NCBI GenBank assembly: GCA_052327205.1
Contig: CM126224.1
Location: 28,954,001-29,018,000 of the forward strand
Source of the DNA: Somniosus microcephalus
Lineage: Eukaryota
Length of the DNA: 64,000 nucleotides
Direction: 5' to 3'
Below, piece after piece: positions 50,521-63,135 of this stretch. The position numbers and the translations under genes are program-made. The notes under the pieces were generated by a model that was given only the letters and a program-made list of their open reading frames with translations, was not told the origin of the DNA and ran no database searches. How positions within the stretch are numbered: the first letter of the stretch is position 1; every line of letters begins with the position of its first letter.

Positions 50521-52164
50521 TAAGTAAATCCAATCTACCATGCCATTGAACAGTTAGGATGTATACTCACACCACTAAGTTGCCATCTTCTAAAGGGAAG
50601 TGCCAGATAAATGCCAAGCACTTCCCCATGGAACGAAAGGTAAAATTAGAGGGTGATTCATGGTAGGCCATGTACACCTCTAGCGGGTACAGGGTTGCAG
50701 AATGACATTTATAGAGGCCTATAAGCTGCTGACATTCTATGAAGGCTGGGCATGGAAGAGATACAGTAAAAGACCTCAATGACATATAAGGAAAATATAA
50801 AGGAACAGAAAAATGTAATATAGATGATCATTCTCCTCTAGCATCACTTCTCATACCCCTGCTTCCTAAAATAGAAATCACTGATTAATTGGGAAGTCTT
50901 TATAGTTAATATGAAGCTCTATCTCTATATCTATCTATTTCTCTTTTGTCATAGTTATTTGATGTCTTAGTAGTTATTCTGCACTCCTAAACAAATAATG
51001 CACATTGCTGAACAAATTAAGGCTTATTAGCTCCTAGTCTCAATTTCTTTTGACTGTGGCACTGATGGACAGAATAGAGTAAAAACCAGGGCAGATCTAT
51101 GACTTCTTGCTGAATTTAATTTTCATTGTTCCAGAAATTTGAATGATCTGAAATATAGTCTTGACTTTTGTTTTAATGTAACACACTTCACTGAGTCGCT
51201 TTGCTATTAGGGCTGTTATCTGGCACTACTGCAGTGACCGTGATGCACAGACTGAGGCAGATTACTAATAAATCCTTTCAAGCATCACTAAAAATAGACT
51301 CTTTTTTCTTCAGGTTTTATTGGTAAGCTGCTCATTGTAACAATTAATTAAAAAGTTGCTTGAAACGTATGACATGATATCGTTTCTGTCATGTAAATGT
51401 AATAAATGATTCTTTGCATATTTCTAATACTGAGTTATAAACCAGAGTAAAGCCTACAGAATCGCAGAGCCTCAGGTCATGTGCAAAGACTGAACTAAGA
51501 AAAAAAAAACTTATTAGCATTTTTATACCCAAAGAATAGCCTTGTCCTCCAAGGGTTTTATTAAATCCAGATGAAATCTGACCCTGTGCTGTTTGTGGAT
51601 GAAGTCCCAAAGCATTGCTGGGGAGAAAATAAATCTCAAACCATTCCTCCAGTAAACTTATGCTTCATTTCCTGTTAAGCTGTGTGAAAACTGTATTTCC
51701 ACCTGTTTGTATTCAAAGCTCTCTGGAATTTTTTGCAACAGAAAAGGTACTAATATTTGGGAACAGTGGAATACAACCTACTCTTTGGAAAAGTTAAAAC
51801 TCTACACATTCTCTGGAAGAAAGGCCTCATCCTTTCCCTAAGCTAAGTAATTCATTCATCCAAACACCTTGGGTAATTAAATTGGCAATTATTTAGTGGT
51901 TATTTTCAGATTCAATTTGGATTTTTTTTTCCATCCTTAAGTGGTTTTTAGTCAGAATTATTTAGGGAAGGCTTTGGTTTAAGTTTAAAAAAAAAAGTTC
52001 TTACCAAATGAATGACACCAATTGCATTGTGAAAACATATAATTGGTCACAGTATGGGTTGCAATTTAATGATCTCTGATTATGATAGTTAAGGGATTGT
52101 TCCATTATTTTATTGGTATATGCTTATATTTACCCACAGCAAACTCTTGCCTGGATATAGCAGC

Positions 52165-52475
52165 AATATTTGCATTTGAAATGCAGTAACTTTTGTTATG
52201 TCGGCAAATTAACCAGCAATATCCCACAAACAGCAATGGGATGGATAACCAGTTACTCTGTTTTTTGGTGGTATTGGCTGAAGGAGGCATGTTGGCCTGG
52301 ATATTGGGAGAGTTCCCTGTTGTATGACTAGTGCTGCAGGATCTTTAACATACATCTGAACCTACTGTCTGAAGGACAGCATTTCTGGCAATGCAGCCCT
52401 CCTCAGTACTGCCCTGGAGTATCAGTGTAGACTTTGAGGTCAAACTCGAATAGGGTGCGGTCCCACTTCTGCCTC
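52165..52475 (-). mobile_element. Deu-domain SINE (SacSINE1-like) fragment
   Basis: tcccacaaacagcaatg...ggatctttaacat...gcagccctcctcagtactgccctggagtatcag resembles the recalled shark DeuSINE body. Confidence 0.6.
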
Positions 52476-54075
52476 ATCATCAGTGCCCAATGATTTCAGG
52501 TGCACATTGACACAAGTTCCAGCATAACTTGGAAATCAGGTCAGTGATCTGACTCCCGAGTGCACATTCATGCTGGGTGTGTTATAAATCATACCTGGTG
52601 TGAAACTATTTTAAAAGTTTTCCCACTGTTAGCCCACTGGTCAGCTTGGTGACATTCTTTAAACTTAAACCATCCAGGCTATATTCACATTAAAAATCAA
52701 CTGCCTAGGAAGTTAAATCCGACCGTCTACTTTTAGACTGATTGAGTGCAACCTGCAGCACAAGGTGCTCCTTGCTTCACTGAGGGTCACCCTGTACAGA
52801 TACCGGTCTAAAACTGTAGCTGTATTATAACTGAAGCCACAATCAGGCTATGTAATAAGCATGTGCCCCAATGACTGTGCTGATTACTATGCTGCAGTTC
52901 AGGAAGCTCATCCTTTCCCCATGCTCCTTAGCTCAGTTAAGGAGCATGGGGGAAGAGTGCTGTCTACGCATTTATTTTGTCTGCCTTAGATTTGGAAAGT
53001 AATTGCATGATGTAGCAGGCAAAAAAAGCTTCAACCTTGGGAGATGCTAAAAGTGGAAACTGTTTTGAACAAAGTTGAAAGAAGTGGGTCAAGTGTGCCC
53101 ACATGACAGAGTACCCAAGGACCAATTGGAGAGAAAAGAGGTGGTGAGTGTGAATTATAAGTGATTAGAAAGATTGGCCCATGTTATCTTTGGGAGGGTG
53201 GGAACGGTGCAGGTGTTGCGTAGTTGATAAGACATCTTAAACAGGATCACATTTTAGGGGAGGGCTGCATCAGTCTTTTGATTAAAAATCTTCTGCTCTC
53301 CCCCAGTCAGAGGGCTCAGCTATCGCAACCACACAGTCAAACAGTCTGGCTAAAAACTAGTGAAACTCACCAATGAAGAAACAATACAAAAGATAACAAA
53401 GTCCAAGTATCTTAAAGGAGGAGCATTTCAACTTTGGTAATTTTAATATGGAAAACCAGCATGTGCTACTACAGCTCCCAGCTGCTCTCGAATGAATACT
53501 GGATGTCATCCGCAGTAATCCAACATAGTGACATTACAATTGACAGACCAGGCTGTGAGTATCTCAGAGATAAGACAAAATCCAAATCAATTCAGTTCAG
53601 GAAAGTTTCAATCTTTATTCACACACAACTAAATGGATTTAAATCATGATGTCTGCAGGAGCTACTTAATTTGATGAATACTGTACTCTTGATTTGAATA
53701 AAAATAATTGTGGTGCTCTGCAGCTTTACATGGAAGTGACATGTCTTACAAAATTATGTATATGTATGTAAGAATTTCCATTGTGGATTTTGGCTGTTTG
53801 GTTCTTTATTCCTTTCTCTTGCTCCATAATTAAAAATAATGTCTTTCTGAAAGTTGGTACGGGATAAATTATTTAAAAATATGTAAAAGTTTGTTATAGC
53901 CGGAGCCGATTGTGTCAGATCAAAGTTCTTGGTACAAATACACATATCTGGGATAATGAACTCTCAACATGTGCAAATTTCAAGCTTGTGTTATTTTATA
54001 AGCTGCTTGCTGTATTTGTTTTTATTTTTAATTGAATTGAAGGGTTCTGATGTTTAAGTTTCCACTTTGATACAG

Positions 54076-54135
54076 CCAGAGAGAGTTCCTCCACCTCGCC
54101 CACCTCCTCCAAAGATAAACAGTGCTACTTTGCCC
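54076..54135 (+). CDS. DENND1A: DENND1A Pro-rich cassette exon (60 nt, phase 0/0): PERVPPPRPPPPKINSATLP
   Basis: ctttgatacag acceptor and gtgagt donor; frame-preserving; resembles the recalled alternatively included mammalian segment LQRLRPTRPPPKIQRSRP at the same position. Confidence 0.85.
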
Positions 54136-57100
54136 GTGAGTAGACAGAAGTTGTGTATCTCCTTAATTATGTTTAACACCACCTAAGTTGCTTTGCTGAT
54201 TCTACTTACCCTTTTCTTCGGTTTCTGCTATCTGGTCTTGTAGCAAGGGATTGGATCTTTGCTCATTTTTCTCTCAGAACAGGTGTGAAACTTTACTGCT
54301 TTCTTCTTCCAGTTCTTAATTCTACTTCTGTTTGGTGTTGATAGTGATTGGCATTAGGATAACACCATGGTGGAAATGTTGCTCACTTAAGTTGTTATAA
54401 GAGCCCTGGGTAATGTCAGTGCATCTGATATGGAACTCTTTAACATCTGGATACAAGCCTCTAACCTCGACTGCATGCTTGAATTTGGCAGTTTGTGTTT
54501 GTACACAGGAAACATGCATGTTGTACATGCTCAGAGGTGGTCTAACCTTTTCACTGGGCTAATTACATATTTATAATGTAATCTACAATATTCATAAGGT
54601 GTGCAGTGTTCTTAAATGGCTCCACGCTGCTGTATGCATGTGGCTCATTACAAAGGGTATTTTGTGGTAATTGTTTTGCAAGTGTTCTGGGATGTTTTCA
54701 GAGCGCTCAATGTTCAAAGCCTTTGGAAAGCTAGCAGTGCCAGCTGAAATGTTCTGTGACCTGACCAGTGCATTATAGAAGTGAGTTCTGTACACTTAAA
54801 TTACTACAACAAAAATTGCAGTTGATGTGGTGAAGTAGTGTGCTACTAGTCAAACAAAACACACTGTCACAGAGTAACGTGACACATGTTGACAGCCATG
54901 AATCCTCCACTCAAAGAGCTCCCTAACCAAGTCATGTTGGGAGGTGGAGGCCAAATGCTTCCTCACAGGGAAGAAAGGAAAATCAGTATGTTACAGAGTA
55001 ATGTAATCAGAGGTCTGGGAGCAGGTCATCTGTCAGCCTCTCAACTGTGGAATGGTGCACAGCACAGTAAGATTTAATAAGTACAGAAATAACTTGACCC
55101 CAGAAAATAAGAAGCAGAACATGTGCACTTAGACAATTCAAATTATGGACACAACAGGTAAGTTAATGAAAAACTGTGGATTTCAGTACTTTCTATTGTC
55201 ATTAATTCAGTCCTCCATGTTACTGAAATATTAGTCCTCAGTTATTCGCGCCTGTTCAGATGTTTAACCAAAAGCCAGTATTATCCAAAGTGGAGTAAAA
55301 GAAAAATATGGACAATCATCTCAATACTGTATCAGCATCTTCAATATTGATTTTATTTTTCATTTTCTTTAGCATAATGCTGCCTTTGAGAATCATTAAG
55401 GAGTGTGCAATGCTCAGCAAGAAAGTCACAAGCAGTGAGCAGACTTTCTACTAACCCATTAGCTGTAGCAATAGGGAACCAAACACATTAGCTGGCTGGG
55501 ATAGGGACATGGTTGACCCTCTGCCCTGGGCTCTGCAGCTTTCTCTTAATCAGAAGGACAGTTGCACTAATATTAGCTGAGATCTGGCTTGAAAGAAAAG
55601 CAAAAGCCAAAATAACGTCAATTAAAAAAACAAAAATTAATGGACTCCTGTCCCTAGTATAAGAGGCATCATTATCATTGATTTTTACTGTTTGCTCTAG
55701 TCCCGCAGCCAGCATTGTATTCTGCACATTTTGCCGACTCTAACATGCCCATCACAGCAGAGCAAAGGCTGTGCTTCTGCAGTGTCATCACATTAAAATA
55801 TATTAAAACATTCTGATTATTAGGTATGGGATGGGGCGGGGGATCTATGGCTCCTGCACAAGTACAGTACCATTTGTACCAAGTTTAGTTTGAAACAGAT
55901 ATAGAATGCTGTCTTTGTGTATTGTATCAGAGGTTCTGACACATCAAATATCATTTAATGGGCCTATGACAGCGATGAGAGGAATAAGAGCCTCCTTCCC
56001 ACAGAAAGCCATTTAACTAATGGCTTCAAATTTAAAGATTTACCTTTTGATAGTGCCACTGGAAATAGATGACACCCTGACTGCGCCCAGATCTTTCCAT
56101 TTTTGAGACCTGTTTCTGCATTCCACTGACAACTCTGCTGTTTCACGCAGGCTTTTAGCAAATGCTGCAGAGGAGAGATCCTGAAAGTGAGAATAAAAAT
56201 CAAACAAGATGGGAGGTTTAGCCAAATGAGGAGGAATGTTTGAATTTAGTTAAGATCTAAGCTCAGTCTTAAGTGCCCCACAAGTGCTCTCCAGGCCAAA
56301 GGACAAAAACATTCAATCCTCCCCACCCCGGCGAGAAAATAGTAAGGGCAGTACCTTGCGCATTCAGTGAGTGTTTATTTATTGCAAAATATTTGGTAAC
56401 CTTATATTTCAATTGTCTTGAACAGCTCCACGCTTACATGCGTGAACAGAAGGGGTTTTCACAAGATACATAAAGACATCAGCTGTACATCAGGCATATT
56501 TGTGGTTGGCATTGGAGATGTCAGCTTGTTTTTCTAATGTATGGAACGTGTTTAGAAGGTCTGCAGCTTGTGTAGGTATGAATAATGGTAGTAAAATCAA
56601 TGTAGAGTATAACTCTTACTTCCAGCGCATTTAGTATCTTTCAGAGCACAATCCTTTAGAGATGAACTTCTTCACCAGACAAATACGTTGCCTCTTGCTT
56701 CACATTTTACTAACCTTAGAAACATGGGTTATTCTGGGTGAAAATACCGGAAGTGAATTGAAAGGTTGTGGGAATGGTCATTATATTCCAGGATGATGTC
56801 AACATTGTATTCATTTTCCTTATTTCAGCGTGGCTGCTGTGAGCATAAGACACTGGAATCAATCAGTTATGCCACCCCTATCACTCACCTAATGCAGTTG
56901 TATTACAATATAGTCTACAGATTCATCAAAACACATTTTTAACTTAAAATACACTTTGCTTAATCACCATGAGTGCAGGGTATGGAAAATTTTTCATTTT
57001 AATATTTCACACCATTGAAGCTCATGTTAAATAATTATAAAAATATCATAACACTTAATACCGTGCACACAGCAACACTCCAGATCATCGCAGGAACAGT

Positions 57101-57879
57101 CAAAGAGCAGGTCCTCCCCCTCCTCCTCCATTATCTGCAGGTCTCACTGACGTGTCTCCTTTTAGAACTAAAATTCAGTTGCATTTTTTAATTAAAGATC
57201 TTCCATTTTGTGCCTTATCATCATTTGAAGAGTCCTTAGAATAAATTAAATCTCACCATATCATGGTGTGTTACTGAGTTTACGTCACTTGTCAGAAAGG
57301 CCTCATTGTTCATTGATGCAGGCACCACTCTTCATTTACAGGTCTTGGATAATCCTGACATAAACCCAGTGAGGTACAGTGACGAGTGCAAAACCCTACA
57401 CCAGTTAAATCATTAACACCACATTAAAAAAAAAAAGCACGTGATATTTATTTTCATATTTTAAAACAAAAAGGTTAGTGTCTTGTGATTATAGATTTAG
57501 TAATGGCTCAGCTGTAGTTAATCACTACATATTTCCAACCTTTGTAAGTAACGTGTCACAAACGCAATGTGAAAGTGCCACATTATTATTATGTTGCTGC
57601 ATACAAGGTGCTCATAGTTGCTGCTATTTTGTACATAAGCTTGAATTATATGTTTAATAATGATTAAATGTGAGCAGTTGGGACTAAAGCGGATTCAGCT
57701 TTGCCCAGTTGGATTTGTCAGGTTCAGAACACTAGGGAATCTGCTTTTTTTCCCCCTGACTTTCCACTGAAGTCCCTTTAGGCTATGGCTCCGATCCTTT
57801 TTTTTGCATTTCTCCCCAGATATAACCGGTGTTGCTGACACTAGTGGGGTAATCGCTGGCTTTTCAAAGCTCTGGCGGA

Positions 57880-58110
57880 AAGGTGAAAGTATTAGCAGCA
57901 CAATGACAGGCAAGCTTCACGCATCGCCTTGCAGCTCAAGCTTAATTAAACAGCCTCTTTTCTTTTTTTTTCCTCCTTCGTTCTATCATCCCTAATGAAG
58001 CAGTCTTTTCCATCGATCCTGCTGATTGCCAGGCCTCTCCTTTTGTTTGTTGGCGCTGAGCCATTCAGCTGCGCTCTGACAGCTCAGCTCTGCTAATTAG
58101 CTCTGTTGTT
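57880..58110. promoter_or_regulatory. Candidate conserved neural enhancer (motif cluster)
   Basis: TTAATTAA 57942-57949, GCTAATTAGC 58092-58101, NFI-type TTGGC-N5-GCCAT 58050-58064, CAGCTG 58066-58071, TGACAG 57904-57909 and 58077-58082; lies in a TE-free region. Confidence 0.45.
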
Positions 58111-60249
58111 CTTTTCCCCCATGTTTCTCCCTGTTGCAAGTTCAGGCAAACTTGCCACAAACTTAATCCTTCTGTTCCTACCAATGGGTTCACATGCTTA
58201 AGCTGTCTCCATTGTGTGGAAGGGCAGCTTTGTCTGGGGACTGCCCCCACCCCCCCCCCTCCTCAGCAAGTTCACAAGCTGACCTGTCCTGACCCCTAAC
58301 TTTTCTTCAGTAGCACTGGTTACACTGAGGTCATGGTTTGAACAACCTCCCCCTCGCTGCTAAACTTTTGTTGTATTCTGCAGAGTTAAATCCATGAATG
58401 CTTCAGTTAATTTCTTTTGTTTCTTTTTAAACTAGAGAACGTCAGTGAATGTAGAATTGGATCTTTTTCACAATTGATGGGATATTGCTCACATATCTTT
58501 AGTGATTAAGATAAGCATTAAAATGAACAATGTATATCTCCTAAATGTAGTGCCTGATTCAGTTTGTAACTTCACAGACTGTCTATGGTTTTACATTTCT
58601 AGCCCAGAAAGGCAGCGGTCAATACGACCGACATTCAGATCAGTAAATTTGAGAATTTGACTTTCATGCTCCTGACACTTATTCTAAAACGTTTCCCAGG
58701 TTTCTAGTGCGGCAATTCCCATGAAGCAACATCTGTGGTATCTTTACTGTTACTTCTTCACATTGAGCCATTAATCAGAAATTGCTCTTTTTAATGGTTT
58801 TAAACCAGCTGTAATAGTTCATTTGGAGAAAAAAGTCTTCACTGAAACTGCTAAGTATATTTAAAGACTGACATTATGTTCCATTTTGCAACTCAGTCAT
58901 TAATTGATAATCCCTTTCATTATCTGGTCTAGTTCATAAATAAAAACTAGTCCAAGGCATCCGACAGACAAAACAGCGAGAGAACAAAATGAGCCACAAC
59001 AGAAGCCAGCAACACAACAGCTTCACACCACTGTGGTTGTGAAATCGTGTCCCAACAAGGCTCATGAGTGGGGCATACCACCTTTTGGTGGGGGGGGGGG
59101 GTGGATAAAGGCAATGCTTACCCCTTTGGTAGCAGAGTGCCACTGGTATCTGACGTTGTAAAGCTGGTTGATTCCTGGATGTGTGAACAGTTACGTGAAG
59201 GAAAAGAAGCGGTTTGGGGGTGGGGAGGGAGAAAAGGGTAAGAATGAAAGAGGCAAGCTATTTAGTGATGCCAACTTCAGAATTATTTTTAATCATAATT
59301 TAAATTATATGATGTATATTTTATAGCCTGTATTAGTGCTAAACATTGTTTACTGGGTAACAGCTATTTTATGCAGTGTTTGTACATTTTTGGCAATAAT
59401 TATACCTTTGGGCTACATTCCTGAACATGTTTCAGCCCAGCAGCACCACATGCTACTTATTAGTTTTCTTAATTGCCTTTAAATAGCAACTGTATTAAGT
59501 GATGACATCCAAAAGCATTGGTTCCAAGACTTTTAGGCTGTGATATCACCAATTTAAAACTGCTCTCTGTTTCAGCTAAATCTAAATCTGCTCCCTGTAT
59601 TGTGGGACTCAAATCCCTTGCATAAGCGTCTGCTCATTGAGAAATAAGGCATTGCATTGATAGACTGCATATGGGTGTATGTACTTACTATTGCAAAATA
59701 CAGATGTCTTGTGAATACAAGTATTGCTTTTCGGTAAAAGTTTCCACTCCTCGTGACATCAATACATCTGTTTTCTGACCAAAAAGTCCTCTTCCTGTCA
59801 TGTGATATGAAGATGCATGGCCCTGTTTGATAGTCAGAATAAAGACTCTTGCTGCTCAGGGGTGAATAATTGGTGTCTTTCAACACATGACCCTTCTGGT
59901 GCTGGGAGGCAGCTCTTTCCCTGTATTCCAATTTCCTGTAATACAGCTCTCCCTCTCCCTCTCGATTCTGGCACTTCCTGGTTGGATGACTCCTGCAGCA
60001 CAGCGGAGTGGCAATGGGGAACAGAAAGAAGCCGTGTTGAGAGGAATGGCATGGAATGAGAAATGGCACCCAGTGGGGAGCATGAACCAGGGGCAAGCAA
60101 GCTAGTGAGTCAGATCTAGGATTAACCTCAGTGCCTTCCTGTTCACGTGTAATTTTTAAATATCACATACTGTGGAACCTACCAGCCACACTTGTGATAT
60201 ATTTCTGATCTTATCTACCATGTTACTAGGTAGTGAATTCTACAGTAGC

Positions 60250-61478
60250 TCTCTTGGGATGTGGAAGACACTGACGCAATATTTATTGTTCATCCCTAAT
60301 TACCTGTACTCTGAGGGCATTAAGAGTCATCCATATAGTGTGGGTCTGAAGTCACATGTAGGCCAGACCAGGTATGGAAGTTAGGTCCCTTCCCTGATTT
60401 TTACAACTGTTTGTCAGCTTTCACGGTCATTTTAGATGATGCTAGCTCACAAACTACCAGATTTGTTGAATTCAATATGCAATGGTGGGATGGATCCAAA
60501 AGTGGCTCAGTGGCAAGAAACAAAGGGTAATGGTCGACCAGTGTTTTTGTGACTGGAAGGCTATTTCCAGTGGAGTTCCACAGGACTCGGTACTAGCTCT
60601 GCTGCTTTTTGTGGTATATATCAATGATTTAGACTTCAATATAGGGAGCATGATTAAGAAGTTTGCAGATGATACAAGAATTGGCCATGTGGTTGATGGT
60701 GAGGAAGATAGCTGTAGACTGCAGGACCTTGGAGTGCGTGTCCACAGGTGTCTGAAGGTAGCAGGACAGGTAGATAAGGTGGTTAAGAAGGCATATGGGA
60801 TACTTTCCTTTATTAGCCAAGGCATAGAATATAAGAGCAAGGAGGTTATGCCGGAACTGTATAAAACACCAGTTAGGCCACAGCTAGAATATTGTGTACA
60901 GTTCTGGTCACCACGTTACAGGAAATATGTAATTGCACTAGAGGGTACAGAGGAGATTTATGAGGATGTTGCCGAGACTGGGGAATTTTAGCAATGAGGA
61001 AAGATTGGATAGGCTGGAGTTGTTTTCTTTGGAACAGAGGAGGTTATGGGGAGATTTAATTGAGGTGTATAAAATTATGAGGGGCCTAGATAGAATGGAT
61101 AGGAAGCACCTATTTCCCTTAGCAGAGCGGTCAATAACCAGGGGCAGAGATTTAAATTAATTGGTAGAAGGATTGGAGTGGAGTTGAGAAATTTTTTCTC
61201 CCAGAGGGTGGTGGGGGTCTGGAACTCACTGCCTGAAAGGGTGGTAGAGGCAGAAACCTTCATCGCATTTAAAAAGTACTTGGATATGCACCTGAAGAGC
61301 CGTAACCTACAAGGATACGGACCAAGAGCTGGAAAGTGGGATTAGGCTGGATAGCTCTTTTTCGACCGCGCAGACACGATGGGCCGAATGGCCTCCTTCT
61401 GTGCCATAAATTTTATGATTCTATTTAAACTCATGACCTCTGGGTGGATGGTCCAGTGCCATAAACACTCGGCTACCA
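60250..61478 (-). mobile_element. tRNA-derived SINE with the tail of the 3087-type LINE, split by a CR1 insertion
   Basis: Tail gggatgtgg...atttattg.tcatccctaa at 60255-60300 matches the LINE 3' end; tRNA-like head (reverse complement TGGTAGCCGAGTG...GAGTTTAAAT) at 61425-61478. Confidence 0.6.
60491..61424 (+). mobile_element. CR1 LINE 3' fragment with an internal deletion
   Basis: GVPQDSVL, KFADDTRI, VRPQLEYCVQFWSP, GDLIEVYKIM; ttatgattctat tail. Confidence 0.92.
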
Positions 61479-63046
61479 TCCACTTTAATTACTGGGACTC
61501 TCTCAATTGTTGAAAGCTGATAACCAAGTTTAAATTATCAATAAAGTGCGCTATGGTTTGCAGTGAGAACATCAGCATGCACGCCAATATACAGACTTTC
61601 AAAGTGCTTTTAACTTATTGGAATGAGGAGAACTGCCGGCCCTCCTGATTTCTCTAGCGCTGCCAGATTAATCTTTTTGGCTTGGAAAGCCTCGCCAAAC
61701 TTGGTTGCTGGTAATAATACAAAATATATAAGCTCAAATCTGAAAACGGGTGCTTTTAGAGTGTGATGTATTGTATTAATGCTGTGTTTATTCTCTCAAC
61801 CATATACACTGTACAGTGATTAACCTTTATAATGCACTACCGAAAAATATTTGCAGTACTTTTCCACCAATCATGTGATGCTGTACACTTCCGTGTTGAT
61901 GTCACATGGGATCATTTGTGAATCACATGATTGCACTGCAGAATACTTCCGCCTACAGCTGAGAATCCATTATAATAAAGATGTCTGTAGTTTGAGAGAA
62001 TCAATACCCAGGAGTCACTTAATGTCCAATCCAATCTCAGGCTTCAGGTGTTGTATATAAACTGTGATAGCGTCCAAACCTGTTGCTTGAGTTACAGCCT
62101 TAGGAGTCGCTCCCTGCTACCTATTCATTGATTTTGGACTTTTAAATGTGCAGTTATTGAGCATTCTCATAGCATGGTGGGCTTTACACAAAGTGGCTGC
62201 TTTAACTCTTTCAGCTCATCGTGCTCAAAGATTCCCCTTTAAGGTGGCAGAGCATTGGTCACATGTTACAAACTACATAAAACATAATATTTGTTTTTCT
62301 AAGTATACAAGCATTTTACTGTCCTCTTTGTTTAGTTTGTTGGATTTGTGTCTCTGAATCTGTCTTAATTTCACCATCTGCTAGGTTCAAGATGCATGTA
62401 TCCCTTGTAATTTGCATTTCATGTAAATAAGCACCCTGTTAATTTCACTATATTTAGACATGTGTAATAATGCATAATGTTGGGAGAAGTCCTTATTAGT
62501 TAAGGTATGGATGGTATCTTAGTTCAGTAGCTGATTGAACAGTGTTTTCATGAGCTGTTTTGACCAGTTGAAGACGTATATGTTTGATGATCTAATGGCA
62601 GCTATTGGTTGGAAGCAGGCTTCTAATCTTTAAGTAAGTTTTTTTTTTAAAAAGGTACGAAACAGAGTTAAAATTTGAAAGTCCACCAGGTAAGGCAACA
62701 TCATTATTACGCTGCACCAGGGCATGACATGGGTTCATCCTCCTGATTTCGTACACAGTCTCTACTGGGTTGACTAGGGTGTCCTTTAAAGTATAATTCA
62801 ACAGCAAGTTTGACCCATAGGATGTTGCTGAAGTGGTGACAAGCTGTCTGTTTGTTTGGTTTTGCTCTATAACTGCATAGCCTGTCCTCAGTCTGCACAT
62901 GTGTGTTTTCATTATTATTTGAACTGTCTAGTCTGTACTGTCCATTCTTTAACCTCTGGGCACCTAGAATTATTTTTAGTGCTAATGTCTGCAATTGTTT
63001 TTAATACTAAAAAGTTTCTTTCTACTATAAATGTGTGTGTGTACAG

Positions 63047-63135
63047 GCTCGTCCTCCAAGGCCACCAGTTAAGAAACCAAGAGGTAATGCATTGCCGGTA
63101 GAGGCTCGAATATCCTCCATTTCAAGCCCAGAGCA
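63047..63135 (+). CDS. DENND1A: DENND1A coding exon (89 nt, phase 0/2): ARPPRPPVKKPRGNALPVEARISSISSPE
   Basis: gtgtacag acceptor and gtaagt donor; homologous to recalled VRPPRPHVVKRPKSNIAVEGRRTSVPSPE. Confidence 0.92.

Noticed and set aside
54255-54290. AG-AACAG-GT 5-nt microexon after the cassette exon
   Set aside because: Not frame-preserving and the donor (gtgtga) is weak
59572-60096. 174-aa minus-strand ORF
   Set aside because: Non-ATG start, no domain features, several equally long overlapping ORFs; likely chance
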